Shown one piece after another: positions 25,928-35,638 of a DNA stretch of 64,000 nucleotides (its first letter is position 1; each line of letters opens with the position of its first letter). This stretch comes from Gemmatimonadota bacterium. Its GTDB lineage: Bacteria > Gemmatimonadota > Gemmatimonadetes > Palauibacterales > KS3-K002. The stretch spans positions 32,001 to 96,000 of the forward strand of contig JBDHJS010000003.1 in the NCBI GenBank assembly GCA_039586795.1. Direction: 5' to 3'. A model generated the notes under the pieces. It made no database searches, was not told the origin of the DNA, and worked only from the letters and a program-made list of their open reading frames with translations. The position numbers and the translations under genes were made by a program.

Positions 25928-27016
25928 ATGAACGTATCCGGGAAGATGGCTCTGAAGATGCTCGCCCGGGGCATCCGGAACAAATACGCCCAGAAACCGA
26001 TCTCGATATCGTTCGAGATCACCCATTACTGCACGGCCAACTGCTGGCACTGCAATTGGGGAGGGCCGGTAAAGGACGAGAATCGCCTCCAGGCAGAGGA
26101 TTACGCCGCGATCTGCCGCGAATTGAATCCTGTGGTCTCACACATCTCGGGCGGCGAGCCGCTGGCTCGAAGCGACGTGGTCGAGATCACGCGAGCGATG
26201 GCCAATCCCGGCGACCTGCCCTTCATGGTTTTGGTTTCCAATGCCGCGGCCCTCACCGTCGATAAGTACCACAAGCTGCGGGACGCGGGTATCCACCAGT
26301 TCTCTATCTCCCTCGACTTCCCGGATGAGCGGCACAGCGACTTCCGCCGCATCCCCGGTCTGTTCGAAAAAATGAACGAGCGGATTCCGGAGATCACGGC
26401 GCTGGGAAACAACGACCTGTCGCTCAACGTCTGTATCACGGCGTGGAACTACAAAGACCTGGCCGACATGGTGAAGCTGGCCAGGAAGTGGAACACCAAG
26501 ATCAACTTCTCGGTCTACACCCCGTTGCGCATTAATGACGAGCAGGGATTACCGGCTGAGGAGAAGCTGCATGAAGTACGGCAGTCGTTCCAAACGCTAA
26601 TCGATATGAAGAAGGCCGGTTGGCCGGTCTATTCGTCGGAACGGGTGTTGTGGAAGTACTTCCAGTTCTTTACTGACCGGGGGATACCCGGATGCCAGGC
26701 GGGTCGCCGCTTCCTAGTCATCAATCCTGACGGGATGCTCACTCCATGCGCGATGGTCTGGGCGAAGTACAAGACACAACGCGAGATGTTGGGAAACTTC
26801 ACGTCCATCAACACGTGCCAGGAATGCTATATCTCGACCCGCGCCAACACGGAGAAGAAGCTGAGTGACTTCATCTCCGACAACTGGGGCATGATGATGA
26901 AGCAGCTCTTCTCCCGTAAGCCGGCTCTTCCTTCCCCAGGCGACGACGCGGTGGAATTGCCCTCCCCGGAGGACGCTGAAGCCAGGCCCGAGCGTCACCG
27001 GGCAGCCGCACAGTAG
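25928..27016 (+). CDS. Radical SAM protein with C-terminal Cys-rich (Twitch/SPASM-like) domain
   Basis: CTANCWHC, SGGEPL, ISLD; CQAGRR..INPDG.LTPC..CQEC. Confidence 0.9.
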   Translation: MNVSGKMALKMLARGIRNKYAQKPISISFEITHYCTANCWHCNWGGPVKDENRLQAEDYAAICRELNPVVSHISGGEPLARSDVVEITRAMANPGDLPFMVLVSNAAALTVDKYHKLRDAGIHQFSISLDFPDERHSDFRRIPGLFEKMNERIPEITALGNNDLSLNVCITAWNYKDLADMVKLARKWNTKINFSVYTPLRINDEQGLPAEEKLHEVRQSFQTLIDMKKAGWPVYSSERVLWKYFQFFTDRGIPGCQAGRRFLVINPDGMLTPCAMVWAKYKTQREMLGNFTSINTCQECYISTRANTEKKLSDFISDNWGMMMKQLFSRKPALPSPGDDAVELPSPEDAEARPERHRAAAQ

Positions 27017-27343
27017 ACCATAGGCCGGCGGAACCCGGCCAGCCGACGAATCGGCTCAATTTGGCCGCGCCTCGAGGCACAGAAACCGCGGCCAGATCCA
27101 TTTCGGCGCCCCACACTGGCCGCGGCCGCTCGTTGCGCCGGCGCGACAGGGCCGCGACACCGCACGCTACTCCCACCCCGACTGTAGCCAATATCCCGCA
27201 AGAACAGGGCACCGCAGCCGGGATTGCGCATGAATTAGGGGTTTTTGGGGCCCCGTGTTGTGCACGCCTCTTGCTACCACCCGTAGAAGTGAAGCCCGCA
27301 AAAGACTGACGCTGTAAGGCAGAAGCCAAAACAGGACGTGGAT

Positions 27344-28357
27344 ATGGTGGGATTAGAGCCGAATCGTCCGCCACTGGTGCTGGTAGCGAATGATGAGGAA
27401 TGGTGGGCCCGATCGCTGGAGAGCCTGCTGTCGCCTGGAGGATATGCCATCCTCCGCGCCTATACGGGCAGACAGACTCTGGAGCGGGCACACGAGGTGG
27501 GGCCCGACCTGATTATCCTTGACGCGAGCCTACCCGACATACCCGGCATCGAGCTGTGCCGACGGCTGCGCAGCGACCGTCGAGTCAGTAGCGCGACGCC
27601 GATCCTGATCACGACAGCCGGCCGCTGCACCAGGGAAGAGCGACTGGAGGCGCTGAGCGCGGGCGCATGGGACTTCATCGGTCTGCCGTTGGACGCCGAT
27701 GACCTGATCTTGAGGCTCAACGCTTACATGCGGGCCAAGCTGGAAGCCGAGCGTACGAAAGAGGAAGGTCTCATCGACCCCCTCACCGGCCTGTACAACC
27801 TACAGGGCCTGAGGCGTCGAGCCCGCGAACTGGGCACAGATGCTTATCGGCACGGCCGGGCGTTGGCCTGCGTTGCCCTGGCCTTGAGGATAGAAGATCC
27901 CTCCAACTCTGACAGCTCCGATGTCTTCTGGGACGCGATAGACAGGGCTGGCACCGTGCTACGCGACTCGGGTCGCATCTCCGACGCCATAGGTCGGATC
28001 CGTGATGGCGAGTTCGTGATCATCGCACCGGAGACGGACGACACCGGCGCGCACCAGCTGGCGCAGCGGTTGTCGACCGAGGTCGAAGAGATCATGGCCG
28101 TCGGTGAGAGTATGCCTCCCGTTCAGGTGCTCGCGGGATACAGTGCCGTACCCAACCTTCAATCCGCCGGCGTTCGGCCGAGCGCCATATTGGCAAACGC
28201 GAAGATGGCGCTGAGCCGCTTGCAGGCACAGCCCGGCGGATCGGGAGTCCTCCGGTACGAAGGAGACTACGACGACAGTGATCTGGATGATGGCGGAGAT
28301 CTGGGGCAGAGCCTGGCTGACATAACTGTGGAGCCACAGCGTCACGCTACGCACTGA
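27344..28357 (+). CDS. Atypical response regulator, REC + degenerate GGDEF (copy 1)
   Basis: LVANDEEW, LIILDASLPD, AGAWDF; DPLTGLYN; RISD-x5-RDGEF. Confidence 0.88.
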   Translation: MVGLEPNRPPLVLVANDEEWWARSLESLLSPGGYAILRAYTGRQTLERAHEVGPDLIILDASLPDIPGIELCRRLRSDRRVSSATPILITTAGRCTREERLEALSAGAWDFIGLPLDADDLILRLNAYMRAKLEAERTKEEGLIDPLTGLYNLQGLRRRARELGTDAYRHGRALACVALALRIEDPSNSDSSDVFWDAIDRAGTVLRDSGRISDAIGRIRDGEFVIIAPETDDTGAHQLAQRLSTEVEEIMAVGESMPPVQVLAGYSAVPNLQSAGVRPSAILANAKMALSRLQAQPGGSGVLRYEGDYDDSDLDDGGDLGQSLADITVEPQRHATH

Positions 28358-28384
28358 CAGAAGGCTGGACTTGCTGTTAGGGAA

Positions 28385-31321
28385 TCACTTCCAGAGACGG
28401 ACGTGATTTCTACGCTGGTGCTCGCGGAAGGATTCGATGCGAGCGTCGACTCCCGCGAGATCTTCGTCAATCGCCCTTCCTAAGCGGCCTTCGCCGTTGC
28501 CGTTGCCATTCCCACTCCCGTTCCCGTTCCCGTGGCTGTTCCCCTCTTCGTTGCTATCAACCTGCCAATCGAGGATTTCGAAGTCGGTGATTTCGAGATC
28601 GGCAACTTCCACAGGTTCCACTTCCTGGATGACCGACTCGATTTCCAGATCCAGTAGTTCATCGAGCCGCGAATACCGAGACGCATTGAAGTCGACCTGA
28701 ATCTCCGCAGCGATCGGCAACTCACTTCCGTTTCCGTTCCGCTTTCTGTTGCCGCTGTGAGTGCCGTTACCGTTGTTCCTTCCGTTTCCGTTGCCATCGG
28801 GGAGCGTGACCCGTTCCACGCGGTCGACCTCGGTCCGCGGATCGACCTTCGGGGGTTCAGTCTGCGAGTCGTCGACGGACGCGCCTTCACGGAGGTCGAT
28901 GCTCCGCTGTATCCGTTTTCCGGGCAGCGCGCGCTTGGCCTCGTCAGGCAGATACAAGCTAGCGTAAGCCTTACGATGGTAACGATAGACGCCAACGTGT
29001 GGAACGTCGTTGAGGATCGCGCCGAGTAGCCGGACCGGCAATCGAGCCAGCGAATCGAGCCGCCATTCCGTCGCGGACCGATTGGTCGTACCCGTTCGGA
29101 CGACCAACACCATGTTGCGGGTGAGCGTGCCGAGAGCCAGCGGGTCGGCACAAGCTGCGAGGGGCGGCGTGTCCACCAGGATCACGTCGTACTCCTTACG
29201 CATCTGAGCCAAGAGATAAGTCATGGCCCGAGATTGCAGCAATTCGGGCCCATCCTGACGGCGGGTCCCGCTGGCTATTCGAGAGAGTGCCCTGTGACTG
29301 GTCGAACGCACGACCTTCTCTAGCGGCGCGTTGCCGGCGAGATAGTCGGTAAGTCCTGGCTTGCGGCCGCCGCCCAACAGGCGATGCTGGGAACCGCGTC
29401 GAACATCGGCGTCGATGATCAGCGTGCGGTACCCCATGCCGGAAAACGCCATTCCCAAGTTGGCCAGCACGAACGACTTACCATCCTCGGGCTCGGGGCT
29501 GGTTACCGACAGGACCACGGGCCCAGCCGTCCCGTGGGCGTGAGCGACGTTGAGGCGAATGACCCTGAAGGCCTCGACGACCTGTGCTGCCTTGAGGGCG
29601 CTCAGCCCGCGGGAGCCGTTGTTCACGTGTGGCACGGAGCCGATGACCGGCACGCCAAGACCGTCGCTAACTTGCTGAGGGTAACTCAGTCGCGTGTCCA
29701 AGAAGTCCAGAAGAATGCCGACGCCCACCGCGATACACAGGCTGGCCATGAGAGCCATGAGGATGAACTGCTCTTCCTGGCTCTCATTGATCGGCTGCTG
29801 CGGCGGGAAGGCGGCGTCCATGACGCGGACATCTGGAATACTGCTCTCCGCGGCGAGGTGTGCTTCATCGCGGCGCGCCTGGAGCGTATTGAAGAGATTG
29901 GCGGCGATCGCTACCCTGCGCTCCAGCCGCGCCTCACCGATTGCCCGCATCGGAGTCCTGCGCAACTCATCGGCCGCGGCCACGATCATGCTCTCGAGAA
30001 TCACTTCCCGATCGGCGAGCGTCCGAGAAAGATCGGCGGCCAGGCGGGGCACCGTCGATGTCTCGAGTGATTGGATCTCGCTTCTAAGGTCCCGGACGGC
30101 CTGGTGCTCTTCCGTGTAGCGATTGAGCTGCGAGCGCAACTCGGATCGCTTTGACGTGAGCTCGCCCATCGCCAGAACCAGATCAGAGGATGCTCTCACA
30201 GACGGGATGATCTCGAGCCCCTCGATCGAGGGTCCAGATTCCGACGCGTTCCTCAGCACACGATCGATTGACCAACGATCGCGTCTCAGCTGTTCACGCT
30301 CGATCAGCAAGCTCGAGTAGTTCGAGAAGGCGGACTCGCGTGTCGACTCGACTCCAGGCGCGACCGGCGTGGCGCGCTGCGCCGGGAGTGTGATGGTCCT
30401 GACCCGAAACGACTCGAGCTCACCCTCAGCCTCAAGCAGTTGCTGATGGGCCTGCGACAGTTGCTCGTTCAGAATGCGGGTGGATTCGAGGAGCCTTTCA
30501 CGCTTGAGGTCATGCACGACCTGCACGTAGCGCTGGCTCACCGCGTTGAGCACTTCCGAGATCTGAACCGGATCCTCGCCCGTCAGGCTGAGGTTGAGGA
30601 ATGTATGCTCTGAATCGATTTCGGTATTGATGCGCTCGCCGAGACTCCTGGCGACGTCTCGCAAGCTCTCGACACTGAACTCTATGTCGCCCCCGAGGGC
30701 CGACACACGCTCCAGAGTTTCCTGGCCTGTTAGCGGACCGCTCAAGTCGTCGATCGCGCCCTCATGCACCAGCTTGTCGCCAGCGGCAATCAGCTGGAAA
30801 CGGCGGCCGTCAGGATCGACGGCGAGTCGGTAATGGCCGGCCGCCAGACCATCATCCAGCTGGAACTGGGCGAGCAGGTTAGCTTCCTGCGGCGAAGCGG
30901 CTCTGAGATACAGGCGCAGGTCGCCGACGACTTCGTCGAGCACCCGGTACGATCGGAGGAGCTCTACCCATGCGGCACCGGCCTGAAGCAGCTGGCCCGT
31001 CTGCACAGGTGCCTGCTCGTTGGCGCGGCTATCGCTAGGCTCGATCCAGATGGTCGTTTGCGCTTTGTACTGGGGCTTTATCTGGTGAGCCAATGCGAAT
31101 CCGCTCGCCGAACCCAACACGGCAACCAGCAAGACAACCCAGCGGTAGCGCCACACCGCGACTATGAATCGACGCCAGTCCAGCGAAGAAGCGAGCGGGA
31201 GCTCGTGTGCGGCGCTGCCGTTTGACGGGCGTGCACCATTACCACGACCTGCACCGTTCCCCTGCGGGGTCGTGTGATGCGGCAGTTTCCTGCCGTTATG
31301 GCTGGTGAACGCGCTGGGCAT
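28385..31321 (-). CDS. wzc: Wzc/GumC-type polysaccharide co-polymerase with BY-kinase (copy 1)
   Basis: Wzz-like N-terminal TM, coiled-coil, second TM; EAFR.IR, Walker A PEDGKS, IDADVRRG, Walker B VILVDTPP. Start set at 31321 because of the sigma54 promoter at 31375-31390. Confidence 0.9.
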   Translation of the reverse strand: MPSAFTSHNGRKLPHHTTPQGNGAGRGNGARPSNGSAAHELPLASSLDWRRFIVAVWRYRWVVLLVAVLGSASGFALAHQIKPQYKAQTTIWIEPSDSRANEQAPVQTGQLLQAGAAWVELLRSYRVLDEVVGDLRLYLRAASPQEANLLAQFQLDDGLAAGHYRLAVDPDGRRFQLIAAGDKLVHEGAIDDLSGPLTGQETLERVSALGGDIEFSVESLRDVARSLGERINTEIDSEHTFLNLSLTGEDPVQISEVLNAVSQRYVQVVHDLKRERLLESTRILNEQLSQAHQQLLEAEGELESFRVRTITLPAQRATPVAPGVESTRESAFSNYSSLLIEREQLRRDRWSIDRVLRNASESGPSIEGLEIIPSVRASSDLVLAMGELTSKRSELRSQLNRYTEEHQAVRDLRSEIQSLETSTVPRLAADLSRTLADREVILESMIVAAADELRRTPMRAIGEARLERRVAIAANLFNTLQARRDEAHLAAESSIPDVRVMDAAFPPQQPINESQEEQFILMALMASLCIAVGVGILLDFLDTRLSYPQQVSDGLGVPVIGSVPHVNNGSRGLSALKAAQVVEAFRVIRLNVAHAHGTAGPVVLSVTSPEPEDGKSFVLANLGMAFSGMGYRTLIIDADVRRGSQHRLLGGGRKPGLTDYLAGNAPLEKVVRSTSHRALSRIASGTRRQDGPELLQSRAMTYLLAQMRKEYDVILVDTPPLAACADPLALGTLTRNMVLVVRTGTTNRSATEWRLDSLARLPVRLLGAILNDVPHVGVYRYHRKAYASLYLPDEAKRALPGKRIQRSIDLREGASVDDSQTEPPKVDPRTEVDRVERVTLPDGNGNGRNNGNGTHSGNRKRNGNGSELPIAAEIQVDFNASRYSRLDELLDLEIESVIQEVEPVEVADLEITDFEILDWQVDSNEEGNSHGNGNGSGNGNGNGEGRLGRAIDEDLAGVDARIESFREHQRRNHVRLWK

Positions 31322-31374
31322 CGTTTCGGTGCCGGATGCCTGGCTGAGGGTTCTGGCGGGTAACCATTCCATCC

Positions 31375-31390
31375 AGCAACAGGGATGCCG
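31375..31390 (-). promoter_or_regulatory. sigma54 -24/-12 promoter of wzc copy 1
   Basis: Minus strand CGGCATCCCTGTTGCT (GG-N10-GC). Confidence 0.75.
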
Positions 31391-31484
31391 CTGGGCCGAG
31401 TTTTCCACAAAACGCTGAAAGGCGTTGGAAGATAAGGTGTTTGCGGCACTGGCAGGGGTCGGTGCTGGAAGTGGGAATGTGGTG

Positions 31485-31502
31485 TGTAGACGCAGCGCTA
31501 CA
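31485..31502. promoter_or_regulatory. Candidate enhancer palindrome
   Basis: TGTAGA-CGCAGC-GCTACA, 95 bp upstream of the -24 element. Confidence 0.65.
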
Positions 31503-31580
31503 GATCGGCCCCGTAGGCGGGATAGGGTGTGGCTTTGGTCCGACCCTCTAGGGAGGACCGCGGTCACGTCGGCTTTACTA

Positions 31581-31609
31581 TTGACATTTCTCTCTTTCAT
31601 CCGTACTGT
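31581..31609 (+). promoter_or_regulatory. sigma70-type promoter for the NtrC-like activator copy 1
   Basis: TTGACA-17 bp-TACTGT. Confidence 0.6.
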
Positions 31610-31804
31610 TGCATTCCCGCTGCTTCTGCGACGTCGGCTCCACAGTTCGCGTCGCTCCACGTCGGCCCCATCGCCGCAGCAGGTAAGCGGGCCTACGTAG
31701 ACTTTGGGCCGCCGGTCCCGCCACGGCTGAAGTTCTCAACGGATCTCACAGGACGTTCTATCGCCACTTCGCGGTGCGCGATCCTGAAACGTGGGAGGCT
31801 CCCG

Positions 31805-33340
31805 ATGCCCCGTGCCCTGTCCGGCATACGCTCCGACAGCGTAAGCCCCTTTGTGCCCGCCGACACCGAGTTTGAAGAGAGAGCAGATTTCGCTGACGCC
31901 CCGAGAACGTCGCTGCGTCTCGTCGTGATCGACGATGAACGGACGTTGAGGGAGAGTTGCGCCAGCATACTGGAAATCGATGGCCACGACGTCACCAAGG
32001 TGAGTCGAGGCGACCAGGCCCTGGACCTTCTGCGTCGCCGCAGGTTCGACGTGGCCCTGATCGATCTCAACATGTCAGAGACCCACGGTCTCGATCTGTT
32101 GCGGGCCGGCCTGAAAGCGAACCCTGACATGATCCCGATCATGATCACGGGTAGGCCAAGCGTGGACTCGAACCTCGAGGCGCTGCAAGCGGGCGCGTGG
32201 GATTACCTTCCCAAGCCATTCTCAGCCAGCCAGTTGCAGCTTTTGATCGGGCGCGCCGCTCACGCGGTGGTATCGTCACGAGAGATCGGCGAGAAGCAGA
32301 AACAGCTGGAAGGCGCGCACGACCATGGCGAGCAGGTAACGTTGCTGGGCGTGTCGTCGGCGTTTACTCGCGTGATAGAAACTGCCCGACAAGTGGCCCG
32401 CACCGACGCCTCGGTGTTCATCACGGGTGAGAGTGGAACGGGCAAAGAGCTGATCGCCCAATTCATCCACCACCACAGTCGGCGCAGCCGGCGAATGCTC
32501 GTTCCCCTGAACTGCGCGGCGCTGCCGGAGACGCTTCTGGAGTCGGAGATGTTCGGGCATTGCAGAGGCTCGTTCACGGGAGCGGACCGCGACAAGCCGG
32601 GGTTGTTGGAAGTCGCGGACGGCGGAACGATGTTCTTGGACGAAGTGACGGAGATGTCGCACGCGACCCAAGCCAAGTTACTTCGTGTTCTTCAGGACGG
32701 CGTGCTGCGGCGAGTTGGAAGTACCAAGACCGACGCGGTAGTGAACGTACGGTTCATCGCTGCCACGAATCGCGAGCCGGCGCAGGCGGTGGAGGATGGA
32801 GATATGCGACAGGATCTCTTCTTCCGCCTCAAGGTCGTACCGATCAGGATACCGCCACTCCGTGAGCGGCCGGACGACATACCGGTTCTGGCGAACCACT
32901 TCTTGATGCATTACTGGAAAAGGCATCGCGACGTAGGCGCGGAGTTGCCCCGTTTCTCAACCGGCGCGATGTTGGCCCTGCAGACTCGTGCCTGGCCGGG
33001 CAACGTGCGGGAGCTACAGAACGCGATCGAGCACGCAGTCGTGTTCCTCGAGCCCGGGATGGAGATTACGGCGGCTGACATCCCGTCGATCCAAGGCGCT
33101 GAGGAAGCGATGGTTTCTGCCCCGATGGGGTTCCGCGGATTCGACGAGCCTTACCACGCCGCGCGCGAACGGCTGACGGCTGAATTCGAGAAACGCTATT
33201 TGACCGCAATGGTAAACCGTGCTGGCGGCAATATGTCCGAGGCTGCTCGACTCGCCGGCATCGACCGTACGACGATCTATCGTTTGATGGAAAAGCACGG
33301 ACTGGATCGCGAAGAGATCGTTCTGGACTCCGGAATGTAA
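31805..33340 (+). CDS. NtrC-family sigma54 activator, REC-AAA+-Fis HTH (copy 1)
   Basis: [69 protein letters not shown] before ATG 31805. Confidence 0.95.
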   Translation: MPRALSGIRSDSVSPFVPADTEFEERADFADAPRTSLRLVVIDDERTLRESCASILEIDGHDVTKVSRGDQALDLLRRRRFDVALIDLNMSETHGLDLLRAGLKANPDMIPIMITGRPSVDSNLEALQAGAWDYLPKPFSASQLQLLIGRAAHAVVSSREIGEKQKQLEGAHDHGEQVTLLGVSSAFTRVIETARQVARTDASVFITGESGTGKELIAQFIHHHSRRSRRMLVPLNCAALPETLLESEMFGHCRGSFTGADRDKPGLLEVADGGTMFLDEVTEMSHATQAKLLRVLQDGVLRRVGSTKTDAVVNVRFIAATNREPAQAVEDGDMRQDLFFRLKVVPIRIPPLRERPDDIPVLANHFLMHYWKRHRDVGAELPRFSTGAMLALQTRAWPGNVRELQNAIEHAVVFLEPGMEITAADIPSIQGAEEAMVSAPMGFRGFDEPYHAARERLTAEFEKRYLTAMVNRAGGNMSEAARLAGIDRTTIYRLMEKHGLDREEIVLDSGM

Positions 33341-33352
33341 GCGGAAGATCTG

Positions 33353-34486
33353 ATGGAAGTCGTTCACCCGCCACGGCCAACCGAACACGACGCCGGCCTG
33401 GACGTCCAGCCGCGGAATCTGTCTGCGGCTGCGCTCCAGTTCGCCAAAGTGCCGAACCGTGCTCTGCTCGCGGCGGCCCAGGGCGTGATGACCCGTTGGC
33501 AGGACGCCCTCGGCACGGTGACGCCGTGGCCAGCGGCGGCGGACGAACTCGCCCGGCTTACGATAGCGGTGCACGAAATCGCGTCCAGCGGTGAAGCGGC
33601 GCTAGAGCTACCGATCGGTACTCCGTTGCGGCGGCAGTTGCTGGCGCTGCTGGAGACCGAGGTCGAAGAGTGCCGCGGCAGGATTTGCTCCGACGCCGAG
33701 GTAGACGAGCTCAAGGACGCTTTCACCGTCGTGCATGGCGCGTTGGAATGCGAGGACATGCAGGAGGTGGAGGCTCGGCTGGCCAGCCCGGACGGGCCCG
33801 AGCTGCTCGCTGAGGTCGCCCACGATCTGCGCTCCCCGCTGACATCCATTCTGACACTCGCCGATGCGCTCCGTAGCGGCCGTAGCGGCGACGTGAACGG
33901 AGTTCAGCAGCGTCAACTCGGACTGATTTACAGCGCGGCGCTGGCGTTGAGTTCGACGGCGAGCAACCTGATAGAGCTGGCCCATGGAGGCGATCGCCTT
34001 GCGCAAAAGGAGCCTTCGCCGTTCTCGATCCTCGAGATCATGGAGTCGGTTCGCGACGTGCTGCTGCCGATGGCCGAAGAGAAAGAGATCGAGCTACGCT
34101 TCGCGCCTGGCGACAATCAGCGTCGGCTTGGCTATCCGCTGGCGCTTTCCCGCGTTCTGCTGAACCTGGCGACGAACTCTCTGAAGTTCACCGAAGAAGG
34201 GTACGTGGAAGTCACGGCGCGCCCGCTCGACCCGACGCACGTGGAATTCGCAGTGCGCGACACCGGCAAGGGGATCAGCGCTACCGCCGTGGACACGCTT
34301 TACCAACCGTTCCGGCGCTCGCCCGCCAGAGACGGCTACTTCTTCTCGGGGACCGGACTGGGACTCATGATCTGCCGCAGGCTGGTGGAGGCGATGGGTT
34401 CGAGGTTGGAGTTCGAGACGCGACCGGATTGGGGCACCCGATTCTACTTCGAGCTCGAGCTGCGGCAGGTAGACGAATTCGTCTGA
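33353..34486 (+). CDS. Cytoplasmic histidine kinase (HisKA + HATPase)
   Basis: AHDLRSPL H-box, NLATNSLKFT N-box, DTGKGI G1, GTGLGL G2; no TM segment. Confidence 0.92.
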   Translation: MEVVHPPRPTEHDAGLDVQPRNLSAAALQFAKVPNRALLAAAQGVMTRWQDALGTVTPWPAAADELARLTIAVHEIASSGEAALELPIGTPLRRQLLALLETEVEECRGRICSDAEVDELKDAFTVVHGALECEDMQEVEARLASPDGPELLAEVAHDLRSPLTSILTLADALRSGRSGDVNGVQQRQLGLIYSAALALSSTASNLIELAHGGDRLAQKEPSPFSILEIMESVRDVLLPMAEEKEIELRFAPGDNQRRLGYPLALSRVLLNLATNSLKFTEEGYVEVTARPLDPTHVEFAVRDTGKGISATAVDTLYQPFRRSPARDGYFFSGTGLGLMICRRLVEAMGSRLEFETRPDWGTRFYFELELRQVDEFV

Positions 34487-34507
34487 AGCAGAGGGCTCTC
34501 CCGCTCG

Positions 34508-35620
34508 CTAACTTCGCGAGACAATCCCCCTTACGATCACATCGGCGATCCGCTCCGCAGCTTTCCCATCCCAGAGTTCCGGCGCCTTCTTCAAAGGCCG
34601 GCTACCGTTCCTCTTTTCGGTGGCCTGCAGGGCAGCTCCGACAATCGCATCCGCCTCGAGGCTGACCAAACGATTGGTGCCCTGCTCCACCGTAACCGGA
34701 CGCTCGGTGTTGAGACGAAGCGTGACACACGGGACTCCGAGGACGGTGGTCTCCTCCTGGATACCCCCCGAATCGGTGAGCATGACCGCCGCCTCCGACA
34801 TAAGAGCCAGAAACTCCTGATATCCGAGCGGATCGATCAAGCGCACGCGCCCCAGCTTTGAGCGCAGCCCGAACGAATCGAGTTTGCTCTGCGTTCTCGG
34901 GTGCACGGGAAAGACCACGGGCAGTGTCTCCGCGACATCCGCCAGGGCGTTGACTATCGGTTCGAGCGATTCGGGGCTGTCCACATTGGACGGCCGGTGT
35001 AACGTGACCAGCGCGTAGCTTCGCTCCGACAGGTCGTAGCTGGCCAGCGTCTTCAGCGTCGGAACGTGCTCGAGCTGTTTCAGCAGCGTGTCGATCATCA
35101 CGTTTCCGACAAAGTGAATCCGGTCTTCGGACACGCCCTCTTTCTTCAGGTTCTCGTTGGCAGCACGCTCAGTCGTGAAAAGGAAATCGGACAGACGATC
35201 GGTGACCACGCGATTAATCTCTTCCGGCATGCCCCAGTCGAACGAGCGGAGTCCGGCTTCGACGTGCGCCACCGAGATTCCCAGCTTGGCTGCGACCAGC
35301 GAGCATGCGACTGTCGAGTTCACATCGCCCACAACGACCACGAGGTCAGGCTGGCGCTCCAGGCAGATGGGCTCGAACGCCTGCATGACGCGAGCCGTCT
35401 GTTCCGCATGAGTGCCCGATCCGACACCGAGATCCACATCCGGTCGTTGAATTCCGAGCTGGTCGAAGAAGATCTTTGAAAGGGCCTCGTCGTAGTGCTG
35501 GCCGGTATGAACGAGTATCTGCTCGACCTCGGGATAGGCGCGAAGCGCCTCCATAACGGGCGCTATCTTCATGAAGTTGGGCCGCGCGCCCGCTACGTGT
35601 AGAACTCGCCGACTCGTCAT
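34508..35620 (-). CDS. wecB: UDP-N-acetylglucosamine 2-epimerase (non-hydrolysing)
   Basis: GARPNFMK, HTGQHYD, HVEAGLRS, TLHRPSNVD, DSGGIQEE, TERP. Confidence 0.96.
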   Translation of the reverse strand: MTSRRVLHVAGARPNFMKIAPVMEALRAYPEVEQILVHTGQHYDEALSKIFFDQLGIQRPDVDLGVGSGTHAEQTARVMQAFEPICLERQPDLVVVVGDVNSTVACSLVAAKLGISVAHVEAGLRSFDWGMPEEINRVVTDRLSDFLFTTERAANENLKKEGVSEDRIHFVGNVMIDTLLKQLEHVPTLKTLASYDLSERSYALVTLHRPSNVDSPESLEPIVNALADVAETLPVVFPVHPRTQSKLDSFGLRSKLGRVRLIDPLGYQEFLALMSEAAVMLTDSGGIQEETTVLGVPCVTLRLNTERPVTVEQGTNRLVSLEADAIVGAALQATEKRNGSRPLKKAPELWDGKAAERIADVIVRGIVSRS

Positions 35621-35638
35621 AGTTGTGCGATTACGCGA

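Noticed and set aside
24731..27016. RiPP cluster (Cys-rich small ORF + radical SAM)
   Set aside because: The small ORF is on the opposite strand with regular CxxC zinc-ribbon spacing, and the radical SAM protein has no evident RRE domain.
31322..31804. Extended, overlapping N-termini of the Wzc (31660) and NtrC-like (31529) ORFs in the track
   Set aside because: This region contains promoters and palindromes, and the paralogs lack these extensions; downstream starts fit better.
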